A stretch of DNA of 32,000 nt from Ruminococcus sp. (GCA_017475555.1 JAFVFL010000044.1:684-32683), one strand, 5' to 3'; counted from the first letter of the stretch, positions 1 to 9,125 are shown. Numbers and translations: made by a program. Notes: generated by a model not told the origin, from the sequence alone.

Positions 1-1936
1 TGTCAAGCCCGTCATCAGCGGAGCTGCCGTTCACCGCAAGGCAAACGCTTTCGTCCTTCATTGAACGGATAACTACATATCCTCCGCCGGCATTTTCTAT
101 CCTCCACTCCTGATGACTTCCTCCTGTCAGAGTCCACTGCTGCATTGCGGTATTCTCCTCAGTTGAGCCGCCGGGGATATCGAGAGACTTGCCGTTGAAG
201 CGGTTTGTGATGAAGTAAGGGACGCCGCTGAGCAGGTCAGTGCCGTCAATTTTTATCTGCTGCACCTGATTCGTGCCGCCCTCTGACTTGTAAACCAGCC
301 TGCTGTCAGAGCTGCGGTCAATCATATCCTCACTCAGATCGTATGCAGCCTTTTTGCTGCCCCATACGCACATATTGTTTCCGGTTGCTGTAAAGGTCAT
401 TTTCGTTACCATTTCGTCGGACTCGTCTGCCTGGACGATGAACGCACCCTTGTAGGTCTTTCCGCCGACGGTTATGCTCATGTACGGAGTGCCGGAGGTA
501 ACGCTCCATGTTCCGGTCATATCTCCCGTAACACTGCCGTTTGCGTTGAGGGTAATGCTCACCGGAGTTGCTATCTTTACGGCTGTATCGTTGTTGTCAG
601 CCTCGCTCCAGTCCGGCTTATAGCCCTGGTTCTGGTCGTGGACGAGAAACTCATACTCACCGGTAACTGCCGCCGTGGTATGCCCCTTTTCGGAAAGCCT
701 TTCGCCGTTGTACTCATACGGAGCAGCGGTTATCCAGCCGTCCTCGTTCATGATGAGCTGGTGAACCCTGACCTGATGGAAAAGTCCGAGTCCTCCGAAT
801 TTTGTGTGATAGATGACATAGAGCCTGCCGTCATCGTCCATCAGGGCGGAGTTGTGTCCCTGAGCCTTGAACGAATAGCCGTTGCAGCTAATTTTATAGT
901 TGGACATCAGCCTTACGCCGTAATCCGCACCGATATCGTCAGTTCCCTTTGTGAAGATCGGGGAATTTCCCTTTTCGTCAACATACGGGCCATCGGGAGC
1001 CGCCGAGCGGTATATACGCATATTGTATCCGCCGTTCGGGTGGAAATAGCCGTAGGAGAGGAACATATAATAATATCCCTCATTGGTTCCGGGCTTTGTC
1101 ATATACTCGATATACGGCCCCTCGCCGGAAGCCCAGTAGCCGCCGGCTACCTTTTTGCCGAGGTATGCGTCAGAAACGTTTTTCTGTGTTGCATACGTCA
1201 CGTTGTAATCTCTCAGACCGGTATTCTCGTCAAGCTCCAGCATATAGATACCGCCGAACCACGAGCCGTAGACCATCCAGAGATTTCCCTGCTCGTCATA
1301 GAAGGTACACGGGTCGATAGCATTCGTGCCGTACTCAGCATTCCACCTGCCGGAGGAGTTGAGGTATCTGCTCAGATCAGGGCTGCTGCCGAGCACCTTT
1401 TCAACATCGGTATTTTTGTAGCTGTTTGCGGAATTTGCCGGATTTGTCTCAAATCCGGAATAAACGATAGTGCCCTTGTATGTATATGGGCCGTCGATAT
1501 CATCAGCTGTACACAGGACTATCGAGGAGTGCCAGTCATCACCGTTGACCGAAAGGTACATACACCATTTCTTCATAACGTCGTTCCACACGATATCCGG
1601 AGCCCAGAGGTTGCCCGAAAGGTCATAGCCGGAGCTTGTATTTGACCATTTTTCCGGCACTGAGAGGTCGGTGTAGATATTATTGAAGTAGGTCGTTTTA
1701 GTTGAACCGGCAGCGGAATTTGCGGTATCCGTCCAGTTCATGAGGTCATCGGAGCGACCTGCACCGAGGTGTGAGCCGATGATGTAGTAGCTGCCGTCAT
1801 CGAGCTTCACAACAGAGGGATCATGCACTGAGACACGGCTGTAATTAGCGGCTTCTGAGGTGAGGGCAGTCAGAGCCGAGGCGAGTACAGTACACGACAG
1901 CAGAGCTGCTGCGGCTTTTTTGAGAAAATCGAGCAT
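1..1936 (-). CDS. Secreted glycoside hydrolase family 43 (arabinanase-like) with C-terminal ricin-type (CBM13-like) lectin repeats; the 3' end runs off the left edge
   Basis: Absent from the ORF track because the frame is open to position 1. My translation from ATG 1936 (AGGAGG at 1948-1943; alternative ATG 1942) is MLDFLKKAAAALLSCTVLASALTALTSEAANYSRVSVHDPSVVKLDDGSYYIIGSHLGAG, a signal peptide followed by the GH43 N-terminal block. Later blocks are NLWAPDIVWN and GSWFGGIYMLELD. The last residues in the window (QQWTL..HQEWRIENAGGGYVVIRSMKDESVCLAVNGSSADDGLD) carry QxW ricin-type repeats. The plus-strand ORF 638..1645 is a shadow of this frame. Confidence 0.8.
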   Translation of the reverse strand, partial: MLDFLKKAAAALLSCTVLASALTALTSEAANYSRVSVHDPSVVKLDDGSYYIIGSHLGAGRSDDLMNWTDTANSAAGSTKTTYFNNIYTDLSVPEKWSNTSSGYDLSGNLWAPDIVWNDVMKKWCMYLSVNGDDWHSSIVLCTADDIDGPYTYKGTIVYSGFETNPANSANSYKNTDVEKVLGSSPDLSRYLNSSGRWNAEYGTNAIDPCTFYDEQGNLWMVYGSWFGGIYMLELDENTGLRDYNVTYATQKNVSDAYLGKKVAGGYWASGEGPYIEYMTKPGTNEGYYYMFLSYGYFHPNGGYNMRIYRSAAPDGPYVDEKGNSPIFTKGTDDIGADYGVRLMSNYKISCNGYSFKAQGHNSALMDDDGRLYVIYHTKFGGLGLFHQVRVHQLIMNEDGWITAAPYEYNGERLSEKGHTTAAVTGEYEFLVHDQNQGYKPDWSEADNNDTAVKIATPVSITLNANGSVTGDMTGTWSVTSGTPYMSITVGGKTYKGAFIVQADESDEMVTKMTFTATGNNMCVWGSKKAAYDLSEDMIDRSSDSRLVYKSEGGTNQVQQIKIDGTDLLSGVPYFITNRFNGKSLDIPGGSTEENTAMQQWTLTGGSHQEWRIENAGGGYVVIRSMKDESVCLAVNGSSADDGLD

Positions 1937-2119
1937 AAGCATCCTCCTGATTAATTATTTTGATAAGTTAATAGTAACATAAAATAAATAAAATGTCAAT
2001 ACAAAATAATATCAAGGAATTATGGTATCAGCAATATTTTTCTGCACAAATCCAGCAGAGCTTCAAAACGATATACACGGCGCAGCATATAAAATAATGT
2101 GATCTGGATTATAGTGCAT

Positions 2120-2147
2120 AAAAGCCCCCGCTTCTGCGGAGGCTTTT
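2120..2147 (-). terminator. Rho-independent terminator downstream of the second GH43 gene
   Basis: On the minus strand, AAAAGCCTCCGC-agaa-GCGGGGGCTTTT forms a 12-bp stem with one mismatch and ends in a T run. It lies 7 nt after the stop codon at 2154. Confidence 0.6.
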
Positions 2148-2153
2148 ATCTGT

Positions 2154-3473
2154 TTATTTGCAGAACACAAAGCTTTTCAGCTCAAATAATGCCCTGTCAT
2201 CGTAATATCTCGCTGCCCAGCTCGTGTACGGGTGATTTATCCTGAAATATACTGCGTGCCGCCCGGTGACGCTTTTGCACCTTGCGGTATATACCCCGTC
2301 GCCGGTGCCTGTTCTGCACACACCTATTTCCTCACCATCATCATAGCTGTCGAGCAGAATATGTATCTCAGCCGGACAGCCTGCACCGATGAGCTGTGCC
2401 TTGAAAACAAGGTCGCTACCGGAGAAGTCCTCACCGAAATCAAAATATCTGTACCCGATAACGCTCCCGGTCTTTATGCCGGTTATGACCCTCGTGAAAA
2501 TATCCTTTTCCGTCACGAAGCAGCCGCCCTTCAGAACACAGGCGATCTCAGCCGGAGTTATCCGGTACGGGCTGAGCGATTCCTCAAAGCCGAGCGAGGT
2601 CATCTCCACCTGCGGTATCGTTCCGTCGGGGAGTATCTCTATCCGCTCAACGCAGCCCTGTCTCTGCATTATAGAGCCGTTCGTCATGCGGTGGTAGAAT
2701 ATGTACCATTGTCCGTTTATGCAGCACACTGAGCCGTGGTCGTTGCCGGCAGGATAGTCCACACCATTGTCTATTATAGCTCCCATACGCCTGAACGGCC
2801 CTGTAGGAGAGTCGGATATGGCGTAAAACAGCCGGCTGCCCTTTCTTGGTGAGTATATCAGATAGTATTTTCCGTTTATTTTTCTCGGGGAGCTTGCCTC
2901 GAAGAAATCATCATCGCCCTCGCCCCTCGGTATCATGTCAGCCCTGTAGCTTCCGGGGATTATCGTCCTCATGTCAGCCGGGTCGATCTCACCGTAGTGA
3001 TTTTCCGTAAAGCCGTAGTATATATGCACTCTGCCGTCATCGTCAACAAGCACGCCCGCATCGTTGAAGATACCGTTATCTCCGGCGTCCTCATCGCTGT
3101 AGTTATACTTGCCCAGCAGAGTGAACGGACCCTCCGGGTGGTCGCTCACTGCAACTGCCCCCTCAGAGCCTACGATATACGCATAAAGGTAGTATTTTCC
3201 GTCCTTTTCGACAACGTCCGGTGCGAAAAGCTCTCTGCTCGTCCAGGGAGTGTCAGCCGGGTGTCCGTGGTCGTCGGCTGTGCGGAAGCTCACCCCGTGG
3301 CACTGCCAGTTATTCAGGTCGCTGACCGGTGCAGACCAGACCTTCAGCTTGAAATCGCAGAAGCCCTCCTGTGCTATACGGTCATGAGAACCATAGATAT
3401 AAACTCTGTCGCCAAAAACTCTCGGCTCGCCGTCGGGGATATACTCCCACAGCGGCAGATAAGGATTAGCCAT
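2154..3473 (-). CDS. Glycoside hydrolase family 43 (beta-xylosidase/alpha-L-arabinofuranosidase type), no signal peptide
   Basis: ORF 2154..3500. The likely start is ATG 3473 (MANPYLPLWEYIPDGEPRVFGDRVYIYGSHD), preceded by GGAGG with a 7-nt spacer. The N-terminal block and later blocks (FAPDVVEKDGKYYLY, EASSPRKINGKYYLIYS) are typical of GH43 five-bladed propeller enzymes. Confidence 0.85.
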   Translation of the reverse strand: MANPYLPLWEYIPDGEPRVFGDRVYIYGSHDRIAQEGFCDFKLKVWSAPVSDLNNWQCHGVSFRTADDHGHPADTPWTSRELFAPDVVEKDGKYYLYAYIVGSEGAVAVSDHPEGPFTLLGKYNYSDEDAGDNGIFNDAGVLVDDDGRVHIYYGFTENHYGEIDPADMRTIIPGSYRADMIPRGEGDDDFFEASSPRKINGKYYLIYSPRKGSRLFYAISDSPTGPFRRMGAIIDNGVDYPAGNDHGSVCCINGQWYIFYHRMTNGSIMQRQGCVERIEILPDGTIPQVEMTSLGFEESLSPYRITPAEIACVLKGGCFVTEKDIFTRVITGIKTGSVIGYRYFDFGEDFSGSDLVFKAQLIGAGCPAEIHILLDSYDDGEEIGVCRTGTGDGVYTARCKSVTGRHAVYFRINHPYTSWAARYYDDRALFELKSFVFCK

Positions 3474-3506
3474 TGTTATTCCTCCAAAGTAAAAGATCAC
3501 TATTGC

Positions 3507-3535
3507 ATTTTACCACATTTCCGGAGAATATTCAA
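3507..3535 (-). promoter_or_regulatory. Sigma-A type promoter for the GH43 gene
   Basis: Minus strand reads TTGAAT (3535-3530), a 17-nt spacer, then TAAAAT (3512-3507), about 35 nt upstream of ATG 3473. Confidence 0.45.
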
Positions 3536-3571
3536 GGACAATAATGACAAACTATCTGGACAGAAGTGACA

Positions 3572-4933
3572 TCAGAGCTTCTTTATAAGCTCCTTGAACA
3601 CATCTCCCCGCTCCTCGAAATTCCTGAATATCCCGTAGCTTGCCGCAGCCGGAGAAAGCACGCAGCTCCTGCCTGCCGGAGTTATATCTGCTGCGATCGC
3701 AACAGCGATCTCAAGGTGGGCAGCATAATGGATATGCCCCATTCTTCTGGGCTTTGCCGCCTTTTTCAGCATTTCAAAAACTCTCCTTCCGGACGCCTCC
3801 ATGCAGATGACCTCGATATCAGACCCTACAAGGAACTCTACAAGCGGAGTATAGTCGATACCTCTGTCCATTCCACCGATGAGTATGCACCCCGGGTCAG
3901 GTATGCTTTTTACCGCCTCGATAGCCGTGGCACACGCAGTCGAGATAGAGTCGTCATACCAGCGTATCCCCCGGTATGTCCCGGCATATTCAAGCCTGTG
4001 AGACAGCGGGTCGAAGGTACACAGTGCCCTTGTAAAGCCCTCATCAGATACGCCGAGCATACCGCATATAGTATGTGCTGCGGCGATATTGTAGTGATTG
4101 TGTACACCGAGCAGCTTAACGTCCTTTGCCGGGATAGTGTAGCACGCACGTGTCACGTCCTCGATCAAATGGTTATCGAGCGAACCGTTGCTGACGTAAA
4201 TATCAGCATTTTCGTCCAAAGCGGATATGGTGATGACCTCTGAGCATTTATCCTCCGGTGCAATATCCGATGATATCAGCAGCAGATCATCGCTTTTCTG
4301 GTGAAGATAAATATTCTTCTTGGCATTGTAGTACCGCTCCATAGTGCCGTAGTGGTCGAGGTGCTCCTCATAAAGATTCAGGAACACGGCGATATGCGGC
4401 GAAACTGTCATATATTCAAGCTGGTGGCACGAAAGCTCACACACAACTACCGAATCCTCTGTCATTTCCGGAACGATATCAAATACCGGTATCCCGATAT
4501 TTCCGGCAAGCTTCGCATCAAGTCCGTTCTCTTTAAGGATATGATATATCAGCGATGTTACAGTGCTCTTGCCCTTTGTGCCGGTAATACCGACTATCTG
4601 CCTGCGATACACCTCGAAGAACACCTGAGTCTCCGATGTTACCGTGCATTTCAGCTCATCCGGCTGCTTTTCAAGCACTATACCGGGGCTTTTGAAAACG
4701 ATATCGAACCTGTCAAGGCAGTCCTGATACCCCTTGCCACAGATAAGCTCAACGCTCTCCGGCAGGCTGTTTTTCTCCCGTTCTACCGGATTGAGGTCGG
4801 CAATTGCGACGGCAGACGGCTCGCAGTATTTCTCTATTATGCCATAGGTCGAGCGTCCCTCTCTTCCGAAGCCGAGCAGACAGACACTCTTTCCCTGCAA
4901 ATATTCCCTTATATATCCAATAAATCTGTTCAA
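3572..4933 (-). CDS. murD: Mur ligase family, UDP-N-acetylmuramoyl-L-alanine--glutamate ligase (MurD-like, possibly MurD2 type)
   Basis: 453 aa. It has an N-terminal Rossmann GKSVCLLGFGREGRS, the Mur-ligase P-loop GITGTKGKSTVTS, and a C-terminal domain with DDSISTACATAIEA. The start is TTG 4933 with GGAGAG 6 nt upstream, and it overlaps the upstream stop codon (TTGA). Confidence 0.85.
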   Translation of the reverse strand: MNRFIGYIREYLQGKSVCLLGFGREGRSTYGIIEKYCEPSAVAIADLNPVEREKNSLPESVELICGKGYQDCLDRFDIVFKSPGIVLEKQPDELKCTVTSETQVFFEVYRRQIVGITGTKGKSTVTSLIYHILKENGLDAKLAGNIGIPVFDIVPEMTEDSVVVCELSCHQLEYMTVSPHIAVFLNLYEEHLDHYGTMERYYNAKKNIYLHQKSDDLLLISSDIAPEDKCSEVITISALDENADIYVSNGSLDNHLIEDVTRACYTIPAKDVKLLGVHNHYNIAAAHTICGMLGVSDEGFTRALCTFDPLSHRLEYAGTYRGIRWYDDSISTACATAIEAVKSIPDPGCILIGGMDRGIDYTPLVEFLVGSDIEVICMEASGRRVFEMLKKAAKPRRMGHIHYAAHLEIAVAIAADITPAGRSCVLSPAAASYGIFRNFEERGDVFKELIKKL

Positions 4934-6225
4934 AGCAGTCTCTCCATTTCCCTTGTCAATATCCGGCGGAAATCCTTCGGCAGAAGATTTTCCTCATTGA
5001 ACGAGCCGCAAAGCTCACTCTCACGCTGACTGAGGCCTTCCGGTCTGTAAAGCCCGGAGCTTCTGTATTTACCGTAGAGCCGTGGCAGCTCCTCGCCGTT
5101 TTTTTCCATTCGCTGCACCGCAAGAGATACAGAAAGATCAGCCTCGTCAATGCTTCCCACGCACTCAAACGGCTTGTGCTCCGACTGACCGATAAGCTCG
5201 TCGAAATACTCCTCCATATTCTCATCATCGAGCATATCCCTGCCGAATATACCGGTAAGCTCGCTCCTGCTGAGGAACGGGGAGAGTATGATATTGACAA
5301 ACAGGCACTTCGGGCATTCCCCGCACCAGATATCCGGCGAGACCTTGCTGCCGAGGTTGCAGCTGCGGAAGACGGGGAGATATTTCCTGTGAGAAGCGAA
5401 CATCTTCGCTATCTGAAATTCCGCAAGCGGACGCAGAAAGCTGAAATAATACTCTCCTGTGCGGAGGTATTTTTCCTCATAGCTGTGGAAATCTCTTTCA
5501 AATTCAAAGCTCTTTGAATACTGATGATTCACGTCCTGACCGATGACAGTGCTCTCGTTTGCACTCGATTCATTGGAGAGGACTATATATTTCAGTCCGT
5601 GAAGATATGCCGTTATCTCTGCGGAAAACGCAACTATCGCCGAGAACGGCGTATGTCCGTTGAGGAAGCCCTGCTTGTTCAGCTCAACGAGTGAGCGGTC
5701 GAAGCGTCTCTGTGCAGTGATGAGTGCAGACTCAGGCAGTCCGGCAGCCTCAACAGTTGCGGATATCGAGCAGCGTTTGTTTATCGCATAGCACCGGCAC
5801 TTCATTCCGCTGCTGACGAGCGTTTCAAGCGTAAGAGCGGAATCCTTACCGCCGCCTATCGGTACCAGACAGCCCTCCGGCTCATTCCGCTGAGCCTCTG
5901 CTGAGCAGGTGAAGCTGCCGTCGGGAGCTATGTCCATAAAGCTCATAATATCGGCTGATATGCCGTTTACGTAGAAAAATTCGCCGAGTCCCATGAAGTA
6001 CAGCTTTTTCCACCAGAGTATCTGCTCCGTATCCAGCTCGCCGCAGTGAACGCTGAATACCGGGGAGCAGACAGCCTTCCAGTAGCTCACAGCCTCAGCC
6101 ATACCGAGTGAGAATACAAGTCTCTCAAACGTCAGGTCGCCCGCAACGCTCATGCCCTCCGGCTTAGGAAAGCTCCACCCCGGAGCGAAATCCGCAAGCC
6201 CCTGGATACTGAACCTGTACTCCAC
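4930..6225 (-). CDS. PP-loop-like ATP-utilising protein coupled to murD (MurL-like candidate, UDP-MurNAc-L-Ala-L-Glu epimerase type); the true 5' end is probably at 6327
   Basis: 431-aa ORF from GTG 6225 with no good SD. Motifs are PIGGGKDSALTLE (a variant of SGGxDS) and WCGECPKC. A strong SD plus ATG lies at 6343-6325 in the same frame, separated from the ORF only by a TAG at 6288-6286. Confidence 0.6.
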   Translation of the reverse strand: MEYRFSIQGLADFAPGWSFPKPEGMSVAGDLTFERLVFSLGMAEAVSYWKAVCSPVFSVHCGELDTEQILWWKKLYFMGLGEFFYVNGISADIMSFMDIAPDGSFTCSAEAQRNEPEGCLVPIGGGKDSALTLETLVSSGMKCRCYAINKRCSISATVEAAGLPESALITAQRRFDRSLVELNKQGFLNGHTPFSAIVAFSAEITAYLHGLKYIVLSNESSANESTVIGQDVNHQYSKSFEFERDFHSYEEKYLRTGEYYFSFLRPLAEFQIAKMFASHRKYLPVFRSCNLGSKVSPDIWCGECPKCLFVNIILSPFLSRSELTGIFGRDMLDDENMEEYFDELIGQSEHKPFECVGSIDEADLSVSLAVQRMEKNGEELPRLYGKYRSSGLYRPEGLSQRESELCGSFNEENLLPKDFRRILTREMERLL

Positions 6226-6351
6226 ATCAACTCTGTCCGCAGTCTCGGATATGCTGTAGCCTCCGTACTCAAAGACCGGATATTTCTACCTCAGTTTCTC
6301 ATATTTCAGTCCGTTATCGCTCTGCATATTCTATATTACCTCCGGTAATGC

Positions 6352-6744
6352 TCATTCAGCCCCGCCCTTCATCTTTTCCTCGAACTCAAGGCAGTGCTTT
6401 TTCAGCAGCTGGAATGTCTCATCAGACAGATCATGCTCGACCTTGCACGCATCCTCCGCCGCAGTGTCCTTGTTTACTCCAAGCAGTATGAAGAAGCTTG
6501 AAAGCGTCTTATGGCGGTCGTAGATACGCTCAGCCACATCAAGTCCGGACGGAGTGAGAGTGATGTGATTGTCCTTATCGACCTCAACGAGCCCGTCCTC
6601 CTTCATTTTTTTCAGGATTATCGAGACAGTGGGTCTTGAATATCCCATATAAGAGCATATATCAATAGCGTGTACGTCCGGCTGTTTTTCGGATAGTATA
6701 AGGATAGTTTCCAGATAATTTTCAACTGCTTCTGTGATCGCCAT
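6352..6744 (-). CDS. mntR: DtxR/MntR-family metal-dependent transcriptional regulator
   Basis: Start is ATG 6744 (MAITEAVENYLETILILSEK) with GAGGAGG upstream. The winged HTH reads IDICSYMGYSRPTVSIILKKMKEDGLV, followed by a dimerisation helix RHKTLSSFFILLG and EHDLSDET. About 130 aa. Confidence 0.85.
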   Translation of the reverse strand: MAITEAVENYLETILILSEKQPDVHAIDICSYMGYSRPTVSIILKKMKEDGLVEVDKDNHITLTPSGLDVAERIYDRHKTLSSFFILLGVNKDTAAEDACKVEHDLSDETFQLLKKHCLEFEEKMKGGAE

Positions 6745-6791
6745 ATTGATCCTCCTCAATAGATTAGTTAGCTGAAACTACAGCCTGATTA

Positions 6792-6820
6792 ATTATAACA
6801 TAAAATAACATGAATTACAA
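6792..6820 (-). promoter_or_regulatory. Sigma-A promoter for mntR and probably the downstream murL-like and murD-like genes
   Basis: Minus strand reads TTGTAA (6820-6815), a 17-nt spacer, then TGT-TATAAT (-10 at 6797-6792). Confidence 0.5.
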
Positions 6821-6848
6821 GCATATTCTGTTATATTTTAATATTTTT

Positions 6849-7283
6849 TCAATCAGTTATCTCATATCCGGTATACTCTGCAAAAATGCCGTAGATCTCC
6901 GGGAAAGCCCTCTTTGTCCTCACCGGCTTCATATTCCCGTCCGTAAAGCAGTGCGAGGAGGTACCCTCTGCACAAAGCTCACCGGTAAGGCGGCTGATGA
7001 CCCTGTAGCTCAGCTCCATAGTAGCACCGTTGAAGCGGGTGATATGGGGGTATACCGCAAACGGCTCATCAAAACGGAGCGGTCTTTTGTAGCTGCACGA
7101 AACTGACAGCACCGGCATCATCAGTCCGCAGCTCTCGATGACCTCAAACGGCATACCCGCCTGAGTGAGAAAATCGACTCTTGTCTCCTCGAATATGCGG
7201 ATATAGTTTGAATGGTGCATGATCGACATTTTGTCAGTTTCATAGTAATAAACTTTTCTTTCGTATGGTTTTATCCTATTCAT
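6849..7283 (-). CDS. Acyl-CoA thioesterase, 4HBT/YbgC hotdog family
   Basis: 144 aa. The N-terminal block VYYYETDKMSIMHHSNYIRIFEETRVDFL matches the YbgC/4HBT signature (Y..TD..G.V.H..Y). Confidence 0.8.
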   Translation of the reverse strand: MNRIKPYERKVYYYETDKMSIMHHSNYIRIFEETRVDFLTQAGMPFEVIESCGLMMPVLSVSCSYKRPLRFDEPFAVYPHITRFNGATMELSYRVISRLTGELCAEGTSSHCFTDGNMKPVRTKRAFPEIYGIFAEYTGYEITD

Positions 7284-7370
7284 AACGGGTGTTCCTTTCC
7301 GGCTGAAAATGTGTTGTACTGAGAAGAACTGTTTTTCAGGCTGATTTGTGAGTGCCTGTACACTGCGGTG

Positions 7371-7399
7371 TTGATTTATCCATGATAATGTGCTATAAT
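7371..7399 (+). promoter_or_regulatory. Sigma-A promoter for cls
   Basis: TTGATT (7371-7376), a 17-nt spacer, then TGC-TATAAT (-10 at 7394-7399), 48 nt upstream of ATG 7447. Confidence 0.55.
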
Positions 7400-7446
7400 A
7401 GTATTATATCATATTGTTTCAGATATTTCCAGTCCGGGGGTCAAAA

Positions 7447-8982
7447 ATGCTGCGTAAAATTTTCCGTAAAATATTCAGCCGGGCAGCGATCATTGTTCTG
7501 CTGCTCATATTCCAGATACTGTTTCTCATGCTTGCGGTAGCTTCGATAGGCGAACGCTTCTATTTTGTGTATATCCTTCTCATCATACTCGATGCCGTGC
7601 TTGTAATATACCTCATGAACAAGCGTGAGCCGGATTCCTATAAGCTTGCGTGGATAATCCTGATAAGCGTGTTTCCGCTGTTCGGGGGACTGACCTATCT
7701 CTTCTACAAGCAGACGCAGAAGCTGCCGAAGAGGATAGAGGAACGCTATCAGAGCATAACACGGGAAAAGCTCGTGCAGGACACGGCTGTGCTCAACGAG
7801 CTTGCAGCTGCCGACCCTGACCACATCAGCCTTGCAAGGTACACCGCAGCCTTTGGTATGTTCCCGGTATACCGCAATTTCCAGACGGAGTATTTCCCGG
7901 TCGGCGAGGCACAGTTCGAGGCGATGCTGAGGGAGATAGAGAGGGCGGAGCTGTTTGTTTTCCTTGAATATTTCATCGTTTCAGAGGGCTATATGCTTGA
8001 AACGCTGTCCGCCCTGCTGATAAAAAAGGCAAGGCAGGGGGTCGATGTGCGGCTGATGTATGACGGGATAGGCACAGGTCTGAAGGCGGATTCCGAGCAG
8101 TTTGCGGCACTTCGGGAGGGCGGTGTGCAGTGCCGGGCGTTCAACCCGTTCCGTCCGCTGCTGTCGTCGGTGCAGAACAACCGGGATCACCGGAAAATAG
8201 TCGTTATCGACGGGGTGACTGCGTTCAGCGGAGGGACTAACCTGGCAGATGAGTACATCAACCGGATAGAACGCTTCGGTCACTGGAAGGACACCGCTGT
8301 TATGATACGGGGAGAGGCTGTGAGAAATTATACGGTCATGTTTTTGCAGCTGTGGGACACCGCCGCAGTTACTCCGCCCGACCAGATAATGAAGGAGCCG
8401 GAGGCTCTCCCGCTGCCTGAGTATGAAGCAGCGGACGGCTTCATACAGCCGTTTTCCGATTCACCGCTTGATAAAGAGCCGGTCGGTAAGCTTGCCTATA
8501 TGGAGCTGATACACAATGCAAGGAGAGAGGTCTGCATAACGACACCGTATCTGATAATCGACGAGGAAATGATGAATGCACTGTGCTTTGCAGCGAAAAA
8601 GGGAGTTGACGTAAAGCTTATAACGCCGCATATCCCGGACAAGTGGTACGTCTACCGCATCGCATGGACGCTCTATCCGGAGCTTATCGAGGCAGGTGTG
8701 AAGGTGTATGAATACACACCGGGGTTTATCCATGCAAAGAGCTGTGTTTCGGACGATAACGCCGCAATGGTAGGGACAGTGAATTTTGATTACCGCAGCT
8801 TTTACCTGCACTTTGAATCCGCAGCGATACTCTACGGGTGCAGTGCGATAAAGGATATAAAGGCAGATTTCGGGCGTACACTTGCAGCTTCGCAGCAGAT
8901 AACCATAGAGGACTGCCGGAACAGACCGCTGCTCCACAAGATATCCGGAGCACTTCTGAATATGTTCGCACCCATGCTGTGA
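7447..8982 (+). CDS. cls: Cardiolipin synthase (phospholipase D superfamily)
   Basis: Two N-terminal TM helices and two HKD motifs: HRKIVVIDGVTAFSGGTNLADEY and HAKSCVSDDNAAMVGTVNFDYRS. ATG 7447 is preferred over TTG 7414. Confidence 0.9.
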   Translation: MLRKIFRKIFSRAAIIVLLLIFQILFLMLAVASIGERFYFVYILLIILDAVLVIYLMNKREPDSYKLAWIILISVFPLFGGLTYLFYKQTQKLPKRIEERYQSITREKLVQDTAVLNELAAADPDHISLARYTAAFGMFPVYRNFQTEYFPVGEAQFEAMLREIERAELFVFLEYFIVSEGYMLETLSALLIKKARQGVDVRLMYDGIGTGLKADSEQFAALREGGVQCRAFNPFRPLLSSVQNNRDHRKIVVIDGVTAFSGGTNLADEYINRIERFGHWKDTAVMIRGEAVRNYTVMFLQLWDTAAVTPPDQIMKEPEALPLPEYEAADGFIQPFSDSPLDKEPVGKLAYMELIHNARREVCITTPYLIIDEEMMNALCFAAKKGVDVKLITPHIPDKWYVYRIAWTLYPELIEAGVKVYEYTPGFIHAKSCVSDDNAAMVGTVNFDYRSFYLHFESAAILYGCSAIKDIKADFGRTLAASQQITIEDCRNRPLLHKISGALLNMFAPML

Positions 8983-9012
8983 TCGTATTGAATATCAGAA
9001 ATAACATGATAA

Positions 9013-9039
9013 GGCGGCACCCCATAAAGGGGTGCCGCC
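9013..9039. terminator. GC-rich hairpin between convergent cls and the GH30 gene
   Basis: GGCGGCACCCC-ataaa-GGGGTGCCGCC is a perfect 11-bp stem. The flanks are only weakly T-rich on either strand. Confidence 0.5.
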
Positions 9040-9125
9040 TTGGTTGCTTCAGAGCCTGAATAAGACTGAAATGTCCTGAACAGACTCTTATATAAATAAT
9101 ATCAGAGGGGCTTTTTTATCGTCTC

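Noticed and set aside
638-1645. 335-aa plus-strand ORF, and similar long antisense ORFs such as 2997..3569, 4301..5029, 9510..10025, 13366..14022, 17696..18406 and 24089..25060
   Set aside because: They lie opposite genes with clear family motifs. Their composition is skewed (Arg/Ala/Val/Cys-rich), they lack SD sequences, and I see no motifs in them. They are shadow ORFs typical of GC-rich coding DNA.
6286-6288. TAG reassignment (alternative genetic code or pyrrolysine) as the explanation for the in-frame stop in the MurL-like gene
   Set aside because: This is a single occurrence. The island D5-type gene appears to terminate normally at TAG (18433-18435), and no pyl genes are visible. An error, a mutation or reinitiation is more parsimonious.
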